Assembly (NCBI GenBank): GCA_963765575.1
Contig: CAVXWZ010000011.1
Coordinates: 737,546 to 801,545 of the forward strand
Length of the DNA stretch: 64,000 nucleotides
Reading direction: 5' to 3'
From: an uncultured cyanobacterium
GTDB taxonomy: Bacteria > Cyanobacteriota > Cyanobacteriia > PCC-6307 > Cyanobiaceae
The notes under the pieces are model-generated. The model made no database searches, was not told the DNA's origin, and saw only the letters and a list, made by a program, of their open reading frames with translations. Positions within the stretch are counted from its first letter, which is position 1; the number at the start of each line of letters is the position of its first letter. The position numbers and the translations under genes were made by a program. Positions 19,796-30,216 of the stretch are shown here, piece after piece.

Positions 19796-20566
19796 TTGAC
19801 CGCCAGCACTCCCACTGCCGTCACCTCCACAGCTGCCACTCCCGCGGCCATCACGCCAACCGCCACTGGAGCCGCCGCCCCGGCCAGCCAGGCGGCCCCG
19901 ACGCCTGGTGGCAGCGACTGCCGGCAGTCCTTCCGCGCCGCCTACGAGAACCGCTACACCTGGGATCCCGGCTTCGCTGGCTACCGCGGCCGCTGCCAGT
20001 GGGAGCAGCCCGAAGGCCCCGGCCAGCCCGCCCGTCAGCTGGAGGGTCGTTTCCAGGTGGGGGCCGACCTCAAGGCCCAGGTGGAGGGGATCGAGGATGG
20101 CGAGGTGCACAAGGCCGTGGCCTCCCAGCTCTGGGAGGTGGCCATCCACCGGGTGCGGCGCAGCTTTGAGCAGACCCATGGTGACAACACCTTCACCGCT
20201 GGTGACAGCGATGAGGTGGGGATGGAGGTGATCGTGGGTGGCAAGAACGACGGCGATCGCTATCGCATCAAGGACGACGTGGTGACGATGGTGTATCGCC
20301 ATATCCACGGCACCCTGGTGACGATCTTCACCGAGAGCGTCATCCACACTGGCGCCGGTTACCTCAGCCATTGCTACACCAGCCGCTACACCGATCCGGC
20401 CAGCGGCGCCCCCCGTGGCGGGCTGAGCCGCTTCACCGACACCTTTGAGCCCTTGCTGGAGGGTGGCCCCTGGGTGCTGACGGAGCGCCTGGTGGACACC
20501 GAAGCCTGCGGCGACACCCCCGCCGGCCGCCAGGTGTTCAGATTTCTGGATCTTCAGGCGGGCTGA
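19796..20566 (+). CDS. DUF3386 family protein
   Basis: FRAAYENRYTWDPGFAGY, SQLWEVAIHRVRRSFEQTHG. Confidence 0.8.
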   Translation: MTASTPTAVTSTAATPAAITPTATGAAAPASQAAPTPGGSDCRQSFRAAYENRYTWDPGFAGYRGRCQWEQPEGPGQPARQLEGRFQVGADLKAQVEGIEDGEVHKAVASQLWEVAIHRVRRSFEQTHGDNTFTAGDSDEVGMEVIVGGKNDGDRYRIKDDVVTMVYRHIHGTLVTIFTESVIHTGAGYLSHCYTSRYTDPASGAPRGGLSRFTDTFEPLLEGGPWVLTERLVDTEACGDTPAGRQVFRFLDLQAG

Positions 20567-20618
20567 TCACTGCGGCGTTGCCCGGGGGCTTCGCCTGTGA
20601 CACCATCCACGCACCGCC

Positions 20619-22022
20619 GTGCGTGCAGCCTTGCGTATTCCCTCAGCCCCTGTTGGCGCCTCCCTGCCACTGGGGCAGTTTTCCACCGGCCTGGAAGACA
20701 CGATCAAGGCCATCAACGCCCCGATCAACAGTTTCGCCTGGGGCTGGCCCACGGTGACCCTGATTGCCCTCACCGGCATCGTGATGATGGTGGGATTGGG
20801 GTTCATGCCGCTGCGGCGGCTCCCCTATGGGGTGCGCATGATGCTCGGCCATGGCGGCTCCGTCAAGGACGGTGAGATCTCTCCCTTCCAGGCCCTGATG
20901 ACATCCCTTTCGGCCACGATCGGCACCGGCAACATCGCCGGTGTCGCCGGTGCCATCGCCGTGGGGGGGCCCGGGGCCGTGTTCTGGATGTGGCTGATTG
21001 CCATCTTCGGCATCGCCACCAAATACGCCGAGGCGGTGCTGGCGGTGCACTTCCGTGAGCTCGATCCCCTCGGGAACCATGTGGGCGGCCCGATGTATTA
21101 CATCCGCAACGGGCTTGGCCCAGGCTGGGCCTGGCTGGGTGGCCTGTTTGCCCTGTTCGGCATGCTCGCCGGCTTCGGGATCGGCAACGGCGTGCAGTGC
21201 TTTGAGGTCTCGAGTGCCCTGGAGACGGTTGGCATCCCACGACTGGCGACCGGAGTGGTGCTGGGTGTGCTGGTTTTTGGAGTGATCATCGGCGGCATCA
21301 GCAGGATTGCCCGGGCCGCATCCGCCATTGTTCCGGCGATGTCCATCCTCTATGTCTTGGCCTGCCTGCTGATCATCCTCGGCAATTTTGCCGAGATCCC
21401 CGGCGCCTTCGCCACGATTTTCGGCAACGCCTTCACCGGCAAGGCTGCGGCAAGCGGCACCCTGGCCCAGGTGATCCTGATGGGCTTCAAGCGGGGCATC
21501 TTTTCCAATGAGGCTGGGCTCGGTAGCGCTCCCATCGCCCACGCCGCTGCCAGTACCCGCGATCCGGTGCGTCAGGGCACGGTGGCCATGCTCGGCACCT
21601 TCATTGACACGATCATCATCTGCAGCATGACGGCGCTCGTGATCATCATCACCGGTGCCTATGAAACTGGTGAATCCGGCTCCAATCTCTCGATCACGGC
21701 CTTCAACATGGGCATGCCCGGCAGCGGCTGGATGGTCACGCTGGGCCTTGTGGTGTTCGCCTTCACCACGGTGCTGGGTTGGAGTTTCTACGGCGAACGA
21801 TGCACCGAGTACCTCTTCGGTGTGAAGGCGATCCTGCCCTTTCGGCTGGTGTGGGTGGCGGTGGTGGTGATCGGCTCGGTGGCTGGCGATCGGGGGGTTG
21901 TCTGGGCCGTTGCCGACACCCTCAACGGCCTGATGGCGATCCCCAACCTGATTGGCCTGCTGCTGCTCTCAGGAACGGTGTTCCGCCTCACCCGCGCCTA
22001 TCGCTTCAAGGCATCGGACTGA
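20619..22022 (+). CDS. agcS: Alanine/glycine:cation symporter (AGCS family); exact start uncertain
   Basis: ISPFQAL, IGTGNIAGVA, GGPGAVFWMW, GGPMYYI, RGIFSNEAGLGSAPIAHA. Confidence 0.92.
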   Translation: MRAALRIPSAPVGASLPLGQFSTGLEDTIKAINAPINSFAWGWPTVTLIALTGIVMMVGLGFMPLRRLPYGVRMMLGHGGSVKDGEISPFQALMTSLSATIGTGNIAGVAGAIAVGGPGAVFWMWLIAIFGIATKYAEAVLAVHFRELDPLGNHVGGPMYYIRNGLGPGWAWLGGLFALFGMLAGFGIGNGVQCFEVSSALETVGIPRLATGVVLGVLVFGVIIGGISRIARAASAIVPAMSILYVLACLLIILGNFAEIPGAFATIFGNAFTGKAAASGTLAQVILMGFKRGIFSNEAGLGSAPIAHAAASTRDPVRQGTVAMLGTFIDTIIICSMTALVIIITGAYETGESGSNLSITAFNMGMPGSGWMVTLGLVVFAFTTVLGWSFYGERCTEYLFGVKAILPFRLVWVAVVVIGSVAGDRGVVWAVADTLNGLMAIPNLIGLLLLSGTVFRLTRAYRFKASD

Positions 22023-22049
22023 GGCCGGTCGCCGAACCGGGGCTGGCGC

Positions 22050-22316
22050 TCAGGGCAGGGGAGCGATCTGCTTGAGCATCTCGTTGAGCTGCATGGCCAG
22101 CGACTGCCGGCCCACCGCCAGCACCTTGAGGGTGTCCTCATGCATGCGCAGCTGGGCATCGGCCACCTGCATGCCGCGCACCAGCTCCTTGGCCTCGTCG
22201 GGCAGGGAGTTGAGGTCGAAGCGCTTGCCCTCGAAGGTGAGCACGGGCGGCTGCTGGGAGTTGGCGTCCAAGAGGGGATTCGACAGGGCCCGCTCAGGAT
22301 ACGGAGCCCTGTTCAC
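22050..22316 (-). CDS. Small conserved protein (DUF6447-like)
   Basis: PVLTFEGKRFDLNSLPDEAKELVRGMQVADAQL. Confidence 0.7.
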   Translation of the reverse strand: MNRAPYPERALSNPLLDANSQQPPVLTFEGKRFDLNSLPDEAKELVRGMQVADAQLRMHEDTLKVLAVGRQSLAMQLNEMLKQIAPLP

Positions 22317-22641
22317 GCTCCCCCTCCGGCGCCGGGCCGGGCGGCAGCTGGGGCAGGTCGAGGGCGGGCCGCTTGAACACGAACATCAGCAACCTGCCCA
22401 CCTGGGGGGCCTCCACCAGCTCCCAGTTCTCCCGCCCGAGGGCGTTGAGAAAGAACTGCAGCTGCTCGGCCGGGTGCCGCGGCCGGGCGTCGGCGCCGCG
22501 GTATTGCTGGGGAAATTCCCGCTCCAGGAACTCCGCACTGAGGGCTCCGCCCAAACGCCGACTGTCGGCCTGGGGCGAGGGCGGCTCCGGTGGCGAGCTG
22601 TTGCTGACATCGATGTGGATCACCCGGTAGTCCCAGGCCAT
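22294..22641 (-). CDS. Conserved hypothetical protein (DUF4177-like)
   Basis: WDYRVIHI ... LNALGRENWELV...FVFKRP pattern. Confidence 0.65.
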   Translation of the reverse strand: MAWDYRVIHIDVSNSSPPEPPSPQADSRRLGGALSAEFLEREFPQQYRGADARPRHPAEQLQFFLNALGRENWELVEAPQVGRLLMFVFKRPALDLPQLPPGPAPEGEREQGSVS

Positions 22642-22665
22642 GGCTGTGGTGCACCCCTAGCGGGA

Positions 22666-24429
22666 TCAGGACTCGATCTGAATGAACTGGCGCCGGCAGA
22701 GGTCGCGGTAACGGCCGCCGCTGGCCATCAGCTGATTGTGGCTGCCCTGCTCGACGATGCGGCCGCCATCGAGCACAACGATGCGGTCGGCCTGCTGCAC
22801 CGTGGCCAGGCGGTGGGCGATCACCAGCACGGTGCGTCCGGCCATGGCCTGGCTGAGGCCCTGTTGCACCGCATCCTCGGCCTCGGCATCGAGGGCGCTG
22901 GTGGCCTCATCGAGCAGCAGCAGGGCCGGATCACCCAGCACCGCCCGGGCGATCGCCAGCCGCTGCAGCTGACCGCCGGAGAAGTTGCGACCCCGCTCCT
23001 CCACCCGGCTGGCATAGGCGAGGGGCAGGGCCTCGATGAAGCCATCGGCGTTGGCCAGGCGGGCCGCGCGGTGAATCTGCTCGGTCTCGGCGGGCCGGCC
23101 GAAGGCGATCGCCTCGGCCACCGTGCCGGAGAACACCTGGCTCTGCTGGGGCACCAAGGCAATGGCGCGGCGCAGGTCGGCGACGCGCAGGTCGGCGAGG
23201 TCGCGGCCGTCGAGCAGCACCCGGCCGCGCTGGGCCACGTTGAAGCGCAGCAGCAGCGAAAACAGGGTGCTCTTGCCGGCTCCCGACGGCCCCACAAGGG
23301 CCACCACCTGACCGGGCTGAACGCGCAGATCAAGCTGGTTCAGCACCGGCTGGGCGGGGTTGTAGCCAAACTGGATCCGCTCCAGCCGCAGTTCGCCGCG
23401 CACCGGCCCCAGGCTGCCGGCACCGGCTCTGTCGGGGGGCTCCACCGGCTCCCGCTCGATCGCCCGCAGGCGCTGCAGCGACGCCTGGCCCTGCTGGAGC
23501 TCGTTGAAGTTGGTGGTGAGATGGGAGATGGGATCGATCAGCATCAGCAGCGCCGCCACATAGCTGCTGAAGCCCTGGGCATCGAGCTGGCCGCTCTGGA
23601 TGCGCCAGGCCCCGATCAGCAGCACCGTGAGAATGCCGCCGGCCTCCAGGAAGCCCACCACCGGATGTTGCAGGGCCAGCAGCCGCAGGGTGCGGTAACG
23701 GGCCTGGCGGTGCTGGTCCACCTCGGCGTCGAAGCGCCGCTGCAGCCAGGCCTCGGCGGCGTAGGCCCGCACCAGGGGCAGGCCGGCGATGGCCTCGGCG
23801 AGCAGGCCGGCCAGCTCGCTCACCTGGTGCTGGCTGCGCTCGGCAGCCGCCATCACCCGGGCCCCAAAGCCACTCACCAGCAGGACCACCAGCGGCGCCA
23901 GCAGCAGGGTGGCCAGGGCCAGGGGCCAGTCGAGCCAGAGCATGTAGCCCAGCACCGCCAGCAGCTGCAGGGTGCTGGGGGTGGTGTCCTGGATCGTCTT
24001 GTAGATCACCTCCCCCACCCGGTCGGCGTCCTCGGTGAGGCGGTAGGTGAGGTCGCCGGCCGAGAGTTTGTCGAGGGAGGAGAACTCGAGCCGCTGCAGG
24101 CGGGCGAAGAGCTGCTGGCGCAGGGTTTTGCTCACGCTCAGCGCCGGCCCTGCCAGCAGCGTGTCCTGGCCGAACTGGGCCGCCTTCTGCACCAGGAACA
24201 CCAGCAGGGCCAGCACCACGGCCCGCAGGGTGGCGTCGAGATCGCCGGCGCCGATCGCCGGGATCAGCTGGCCAGCCAGGGCCGCCAGCAGGGGCCAGCA
24301 GAGCACGTAGATGACGATGCACACGCCACCGGCGGCGAGCCGGCGCCGGTGGGGCCGCATCAGGGGCCACAGCCTGCGCACGCCGTCCCGCAGGCTGGCG
24401 CGGGCAGCAGCCGGTGGAGATGCGAGCAT
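22666..24429 (-). CDS. ABC exporter, fused permease/ATPase (MsbA-like)
   Basis: TM domain followed by GPSGAGKS, FSGGQLQR, LLLDEATSALD, IAHRL. Confidence 0.92.
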   Translation of the reverse strand: MLASPPAAARASLRDGVRRLWPLMRPHRRRLAAGGVCIVIYVLCWPLLAALAGQLIPAIGAGDLDATLRAVVLALLVFLVQKAAQFGQDTLLAGPALSVSKTLRQQLFARLQRLEFSSLDKLSAGDLTYRLTEDADRVGEVIYKTIQDTTPSTLQLLAVLGYMLWLDWPLALATLLLAPLVVLLVSGFGARVMAAAERSQHQVSELAGLLAEAIAGLPLVRAYAAEAWLQRRFDAEVDQHRQARYRTLRLLALQHPVVGFLEAGGILTVLLIGAWRIQSGQLDAQGFSSYVAALLMLIDPISHLTTNFNELQQGQASLQRLRAIEREPVEPPDRAGAGSLGPVRGELRLERIQFGYNPAQPVLNQLDLRVQPGQVVALVGPSGAGKSTLFSLLLRFNVAQRGRVLLDGRDLADLRVADLRRAIALVPQQSQVFSGTVAEAIAFGRPAETEQIHRAARLANADGFIEALPLAYASRVEERGRNFSGGQLQRLAIARAVLGDPALLLLDEATSALDAEAEDAVQQGLSQAMAGRTVLVIAHRLATVQQADRIVVLDGGRIVEQGSHNQLMASGGRYRDLCRRQFIQIES

Positions 24430-24464
24430 CGCGGCACGCTAGAGGCCGTCGGGTTCAGCACCCT

Positions 24465-24683
24465 GTGAAGCTCGATCAGTTCCTGAAGTTCCACGGCCTC
24501 GTGGCCACCGGCGGCGAGGCCAAGCTGCGCATCCAGCGGGGCGATGTGCGGGTGAACGGATCGATCGAGCTGCGCCGTGGCCGCCAACTGGCCCCGGGCG
24601 ACGCGGTGAGCCTGGACGGCCACGAGCTGCTGGTGCCGCCGCCGGGCGAGGGGAGCCGACCCGCCGGGCCCTGGCGCGGGTAA
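24465..24683 (+). CDS. S4 RNA-binding domain protein (YaaA/YbcJ-like)
   Basis: KLDQFLKFHGLVATGGEAKLRIQRGDVRVNG..E.RRGRQL..GD; GTG at 24465. Confidence 0.88.
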   Translation: MKLDQFLKFHGLVATGGEAKLRIQRGDVRVNGSIELRRGRQLAPGDAVSLDGHELLVPPPGEGSRPAGPWRG

Positions 24684-24747
24684 CCGGAAGCCGCCCAGCA
24701 GCTGCGCCGGCAGGCGCGCTGGCGCGGGTGCCTTCCCGTGCCCTCCC

Positions 24748-26022
24748 TTGCCGCCCCTTGCCCTGCCCCGCCAGTATCGGCAGGACGCCGGCCCGCCGAT
24801 CGTTTCCCCATCCCGCACCGCTGAAGTCTCAGGCGCCACTGGGGATGTCCAGCCAGGGCGCCCGAAGGGCTGGCCGCGGCCGTTCAGACCCCTGCTGGCC
24901 ACCGCCATCGCCACCGCCGCTGCCATCGCCGGCGTGGGCCTTGGTCTCTGGCTCAACCGGCCCAGCGATCGGCCCCTGAAGCTCAGCGGCCGGATCGAGG
25001 GCTACGAAACCGACATCGGCGCCCGGGTGGGCGGCCGGGTGCAGGAGGCGACGGTGCGGGAGGGCAACCGGGTGAGCCGCGGCCAGCTGCTGGTGCGCAT
25101 CGATGACGAGGAGGTGCAGGCACAGCTGCGCGGTGCCCAGGCGCGGCTGGCCGCCGCCCGCCAGCAGGAGCAGGGGGCGCGCAGCCAGATCGACGTGGTG
25201 GAGAGCCAGATCCGCGAATCGGAGCTCAACGTGGCCCAGTCCCGGCAGGACAACGAGGGCCGCATCTACCAGGCCCAGGCCAATGTGGCCACGGCCCAGG
25301 CCCAGCTGGTGCAGGCCCAGGCCCAGTTGAGGCTGGCCAGGGTCACGGCGGAACGGAGCGAACAGCTCACCCGGGAGGGGGCGACCTCTCTGCAGACCCT
25401 CGACCAGGACCGCGCCGCCTACGCATCCGCCCAGGCCACCGTGGCCGCGCTGCGCAAGCAGGTGGAAGCGACCCGGGGTGCTCTGGCGCTGGCTCGCTCC
25501 ACCAGCTTGAACCCCTCCATCCGCCAGGCCCAGCTGGCGGCCCTCGAGCAGCAGCGTCAGCAGGCCCGGGCCGCCCTGCTGGCCGCCCGGGCGGAGGTGG
25601 GCAATGCCCTGGCGGCCGAGCAGCAGATCCAGGCCCAGATCGCCTGGCTCACGATCCGCTCCCCTCTCGATGGCGTGGTGATCGCCCGCAGCGTCGAGCC
25701 TGGAGCCGTTGTCGCCAGCGGCCGCACCCTGCTCACCCTGCTCGATCCGGCCACGGTGTACATGCGGGGCTTCGTGCCGGAGGGGTCCATCGGCCGGGTG
25801 AAGGTGGGGCAGCAGGCCCGGGTGTTTCTCGATTCCGACCCGAAACGGCCCCTGGCGGCAACGGTGGCGGAGATCGATGCGCAGGCCTCCTTCACACCCG
25901 AGAACATCTATTTCCGCGAAGATCGGGTGCGGCAGGTGTTCGGGGTGAAGCTCTCGATCCTGCAGCCGGCTGGCTTCGCCAAGCCCGGGATGCCAGCTGA
26001 TGCCGAGATTCTCACCCCCTGA
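24748..26022 (+). CDS. HlyD-family membrane fusion protein (YbhG-like)
   Basis: TM anchor, SGRIEG, coiled coil, IRSPLDGVV, ASFTPENI...RVRQVF, KPGMPAD. Confidence 0.9.
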   Translation: MPPLALPRQYRQDAGPPIVSPSRTAEVSGATGDVQPGRPKGWPRPFRPLLATAIATAAAIAGVGLGLWLNRPSDRPLKLSGRIEGYETDIGARVGGRVQEATVREGNRVSRGQLLVRIDDEEVQAQLRGAQARLAAARQQEQGARSQIDVVESQIRESELNVAQSRQDNEGRIYQAQANVATAQAQLVQAQAQLRLARVTAERSEQLTREGATSLQTLDQDRAAYASAQATVAALRKQVEATRGALALARSTSLNPSIRQAQLAALEQQRQQARAALLAARAEVGNALAAEQQIQAQIAWLTIRSPLDGVVIARSVEPGAVVASGRTLLTLLDPATVYMRGFVPEGSIGRVKVGQQARVFLDSDPKRPLAATVAEIDAQASFTPENIYFREDRVRQVFGVKLSILQPAGFAKPGMPADAEILTP

Positions 26023-27928
26023 AGCCGGCTCCGAGCCCGTGCTGCGGGTGGAGGGGCTGGAGGTGCACTACGGACAGCTCCGGGCGGTGGAGCGGATCGA
26101 CTTCACGGTGGCGGCCGGGGAGGTGTTCGGCCTGATTGGCCCCGATGGCGCCGGCAAGACCAGCAGCTTCCATGTGCTCGCTGGGGTGATGGAGGCCAGT
26201 GCCGGCCTGGTCCGGGTGCTGGGGCGCCCCCCCCGCCAGGCCCGCTCGCGCATCGGCTACCTCACCCAGCAGTTTTCCCTCTATCCCGACCTGAGCGTGG
26301 CCGAAAATCTGCGCTACGTGGCCGGCCTGCGCCGGGTGCCTCAGGCTGCTTTCCAGCAGCGCCGCGACACCCTGCTGCGGCGCCTGGATCTGGCCCCCTT
26401 CGCCACGCGCCTGGCCGGAAGGCTCTCGGGAGGGATGAAGCAGAAGCTGGCCCTCTGCTGCGCCCTGATCGATACCCCCGAGCTGCTGCTGCTGGATGAA
26501 CCCACCACCGGGGTGGATCCGGTGTCGCGCCGGGAGTTCTGGGATGTGCTCGCCTCCCTGGCCGCCGAAGGGGTGACGATCGTGGTGGCCACCCCCTACC
26601 TGGATGAGGCGGAACGCTGCGGCCGCATCGCCATGCTCCAGCAGGGCCGGATCCGGCGCAGAGGGACACCCGCTGAGCTGAAGCGTGGGCTGGGCCTGGT
26701 GCGCCTGGAGCTGCGCTGCACCCGCCTGGCGGAGGCCGAACGGCTGCTGGAGCAGTCGATGGCCGGAGCCGATGTGCAGACCTTCGGCGATCGGCTCGAC
26801 GTGCTGGTCGCCGATGCGCAGGCCGGCAGGGCCGCGGTGGAGACACTGTTCCGGGAGCACGACCTCCCCCTCGAGGGGCTGGGGGTCGGCCCCCCCACCC
26901 TGGAGAACGTGTTCGTGAGTCACCTCCGCCAGGAGGTCACCCAGCCCCCCGCGCTGCCCTATCCGCAAGCCTCCCGGCGCCGGCGGCAGGTGGGGGAGGC
27001 GATCACGGCCCGGCGGCTCAGTCGTCGCTTCGGCACGTTTGAGGCCGTGCGCAATCTCGATCTGCGGGTGGGCTATGGCGAGATCTTCGGGCTGCTGGGT
27101 GCCAACGGGGCCGGCAAGACCACCACGATCAAGATGCTCTGCGGGCTGCTTCCCCCCAGCTCCGGGGAGGTGATGCTGGCGGGGGAGCGGGGCGATCTGC
27201 GCCGTGGTGAGCTGCTGCAGCGCATCGGCTACATGAGCCAGAAATTCACCCTCTACGACGATCTTTCGATCCTCCAGAACCTGGAGTTCTACGCCGGGGT
27301 GTATGAGGTTCCGCCGGCCCTGCGCGCTGAGCGCATCGCCTGGGTGCTGGCCACCTGCGGACTGGAAGGCCAGGGGCATCTGCTGACGGGCCAGCTGCCG
27401 GGTGGCTGGAAGCAGCGGCTGGCCTTCGGAGCCTCGGTGCTGCACGATCCCCATGTGCTGTTTCTCGATGAGCCCACCTCCGGGGTCGATCCGCTGGCGC
27501 GGCGTCAGTTCTGGCGGCTGATCAACGCCTTCGCCCGCCGCGGCACGGCGATCCTGGTCACCACCCATTACCTGGAGGAGGCGGAGCAGTGCCAGCGCCT
27601 CTGCTTCCTGGTGGCCGGAGAGAACGTGATCGAGGGATCCCCCGGCCAGATCAAGGCAGCCCAGCCCGGCCAGTTGCTGGAGCTGCAGCTGGCGGCAGGT
27701 GTCCAGCAGGACGCCACCGAGCTGCTGCGCCAGCACTTCGAGCCCTGGCGGGTGAGCCGCTTCGCCGATCGCCTCCATCTGGTGCTGGAGCACGAAGATC
27801 CCGGCACAGTGCGGCGGCTGCTGGAATCGGCCGGGATTGCGGTGCAGGGTCTGCGGGCCATTCCCTTCAGCCTCGAAGACGCCTTCATCGGCACCGTGGA
27901 GAGGGCCCGGGCAGGGGTCAGCCCATGA
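26000..27928 (+). CDS. ABC transporter ATP-binding protein with two NBDs (YbhF-like)
   Basis: GPDGAGKT / LSGGMKQK / DEPTTGVDP and GANGAGKT / LPGGWKQR / DEPTSGVDP. Confidence 0.92.
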   Translation: MPRFSPPEAGSEPVLRVEGLEVHYGQLRAVERIDFTVAAGEVFGLIGPDGAGKTSSFHVLAGVMEASAGLVRVLGRPPRQARSRIGYLTQQFSLYPDLSVAENLRYVAGLRRVPQAAFQQRRDTLLRRLDLAPFATRLAGRLSGGMKQKLALCCALIDTPELLLLDEPTTGVDPVSRREFWDVLASLAAEGVTIVVATPYLDEAERCGRIAMLQQGRIRRRGTPAELKRGLGLVRLELRCTRLAEAERLLEQSMAGADVQTFGDRLDVLVADAQAGRAAVETLFREHDLPLEGLGVGPPTLENVFVSHLRQEVTQPPALPYPQASRRRRQVGEAITARRLSRRFGTFEAVRNLDLRVGYGEIFGLLGANGAGKTTTIKMLCGLLPPSSGEVMLAGERGDLRRGELLQRIGYMSQKFTLYDDLSILQNLEFYAGVYEVPPALRAERIAWVLATCGLEGQGHLLTGQLPGGWKQRLAFGASVLHDPHVLFLDEPTSGVDPLARRQFWRLINAFARRGTAILVTTHYLEEAEQCQRLCFLVAGENVIEGSPGQIKAAQPGQLLELQLAAGVQQDATELLRQHFEPWRVSRFADRLHLVLEHEDPGTVRRLLESAGIAVQGLRAIPFSLEDAFIGTVERARAGVSP

Positions 27929-29033
27929 GGCGGATCCTCAGCCAATGCCGCAAGGAACTCCTGCAGTTCAGCCGTGACCGGCTCACCCTGGGGCTGGCCT
28001 TCCTGCTGCCGCTGCTCACCTTGCTGATCTTCGGTTTCGCCATCCGGCTGGAAACCAAGTTCATCCCGATCGTGGTGCAGGATCTCGATCGCAGCCCCCT
28101 CAGCCGCGCCTACACCGACCGCCTGTTCGCCACCAACCAGTTCCATCCGGCCCGCTGGCCGGGGGGGATCCGGTGCGAATGGCCCTGGACCCGGGGCTGG
28201 CCAAGGCGGTGGTGGTGATCCCGCCGGAGTTCAGCCGCCGGATCAAGGCCGCAAACCCCGCCAGCGTGCAGGTGCTGGTGGATGGCACCGATGCCAACAA
28301 CGCCCGGGTGATTCGCAACAGCATCCAGGCCACCACCCGCTTCTTTCTGCGCGATGAGGGCCTGATCGACGACGACCAGCCCGTGCGGGCCCTCACCCGG
28401 CTGTGGTTCAACCCCGGCCGCAAGGAATCGCTCTACATCGTGCCGGGTGTGTACGCGGTGGTGCTGTGGATCTTCCCTTCCCTGCTGGCGGCGATCGCGA
28501 TGGTGCGCGAGAAGGAGATGGGCACGATTGTGCAGGTCTACGCCTCGGGGCTGAACGGGGCCGAGTGGCTGCTGGGCAAGGCCCTGGCCTATCTGCTGGT
28601 GGGACTGAGCGTGGCGGTGGTGGTGATGGGGGCCGGCAGCCTGATCTTTAGGCTCGGCTTCGCCGGCGACCCCTCGCCCCTGCTGGTGGGCACCACCGTG
28701 TATCTGGCCGCGGCGGTACTTTTCGGGCTGCTGTTGGGGGTGCGCAGCGGCAGTCAGCAGGCGGCGGTGCAGGGGGTGTCGCTGGTGGGGTTCCTCACGG
28801 CCCTGCTGCTTTCGGGCTTCATCTACCCCCTGAGCAACATCCCTTTCCCCCTGTCGATGGTGTCGGCCCTGGTGCCGGCCCGCTATTTCATCGTGGTGAG
28901 CCGTGATGCCTTCGTGCGGGGCAGCGGCTGGAGCGGAGTGGGCTTCGATGTGCTGATGATCCTGCTGATCGGAGCGGTGCTCTATCTGCTGGCCCAGCGT
29001 TCCCTGGGCGCCATGCAGCTGCGCAGGCCATGA
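27925..29033 (+). pseudogene. ABC-2 permease (YbhS-like) split by a frameshift at a G7 run (real or sequencing error)
   Basis: ATG 27925 gives MRRILSQCRKELLQFSRD...FHPARWPGG; the permease continues in the frame of ORF 28173..29033; adding one G at 28161-28167 joins the two parts. Confidence 0.85.
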
Positions 29034-30211
29034 GGATCCCGGATCGCTGGCGTCTGCTGATGGCGCTTGGGCTGCGCCCGTTGCGGCAATGGCTGCGCAC
29101 TTTCGCCGCCAGCCGGCTGGCGGCCCTGGTCAGCAAGGAGATCCGGCAGATACTGGGCGACCGGCAGCTGATCCGCCTGCTGATCATCCCGCCCATCCTG
29201 CAGCTGCTGGTGTATGGCTTCGCCCTCAATCCCGATGTACAGAACATCCGCCTCGGGGTGATGGACTACGCCCAGGTGGCGGCCAGCCGGGAGCTGGTGT
29301 CGGCCCTCACCGCCAACCGGGTGTTCCTGGAGGCCGCCAGGCCCACCAGCGAGCGTGAGCTGGTGGGCCTGGTGGAGCGGGGCGAGCTGGCGGTGGGGAT
29401 GGTGATCCCGCCGGACTTCCGCCGGCAGCTGGCCACCGGCGCCACGGCCGAGGTGCAGGTGTTCCTCGATGGGGTGGATGCCAACAGCGCCGGCATCGCC
29501 GATGGCTATCTGCGCCAGATCCTCGGTAACTTCCGGCCCGGCGGGGCCTCCACCCGGGCGCCCCCCTTGCCGGTGCGCACGGAGGTCACGTTTCTGTACA
29601 ACCCGGGCTTGCGCAGCAGCTGGTTCTTTGTGCCGGGGGTGATGGGGTTGGTGCTCACCCTGATCGGTTCGCTGGTGTCGGCCGTGATCGTGGTGCGCGA
29701 GAAGGACACGGGCACCCTCGAGCAGCTGCTGATGACACCGGCGAGCCCGTGGGAGATCCTGCTGGCCAAGATCCTGCCGCTGTTCCTGCTGCTGATGGGG
29801 GATCTGCTGCTGGCCCTGAGCCTGGGCCGGCTGGTGTTCGCGCTGCCGTTCCGCGGCAACCTGCCGCTGTTCCTGCTGCTTTCGGCGCTGTACATCTTCG
29901 TGGGCATCAGCATCGGCATCGTGCTGGCCACCGTGTCCCGCACCCAGTCCCAGGTGATGCTGAGCTCCTTCTTCATCAACCTGCCGATGGTGCAGACCTC
30001 CGGCGCCATCGCCCCGATCGACAGCATGCCGCCGTTCTTTCAGGTGCTCTCCATCGCCAATCCCCTGCGGCATTACATCGCCATTGTGCGGGGGATGATG
30101 CTCAAGGGCTTGGGGCTTGAGGCACTCTGGCCCCATGTGCTGGCCCTGCTGCTGATCGGGCCCATCCTGTTCACCCTCAGCGTGCGGCGGTTCCGCTCCC
30201 AGCTGAGCTGA
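29030..30211 (+). CDS. ABC-2 permease (YbhR-like)
   Basis: KEIRQILGD, LYNPGLRSSWFFVPG, VREKDTGTLEQLLMTP, NPLRHY. Confidence 0.92.
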   Translation: MRIPDRWRLLMALGLRPLRQWLRTFAASRLAALVSKEIRQILGDRQLIRLLIIPPILQLLVYGFALNPDVQNIRLGVMDYAQVAASRELVSALTANRVFLEAARPTSERELVGLVERGELAVGMVIPPDFRRQLATGATAEVQVFLDGVDANSAGIADGYLRQILGNFRPGGASTRAPPLPVRTEVTFLYNPGLRSSWFFVPGVMGLVLTLIGSLVSAVIVVREKDTGTLEQLLMTPASPWEILLAKILPLFLLLMGDLLLALSLGRLVFALPFRGNLPLFLLLSALYIFVGISIGIVLATVSRTQSQVMLSSFFINLPMVQTSGAIAPIDSMPPFFQVLSIANPLRHYIAIVRGMMLKGLGLEALWPHVLALLLIGPILFTLSVRRFRSQLS

Positions 30212-30216
30212 TCAAG

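Noticed and set aside
20567..20690. Glycine riboswitch upstream of agcS
   Set aside because: No GGAGA / CCGAAG / CUCUCAGG elements visible, and the gap is short.
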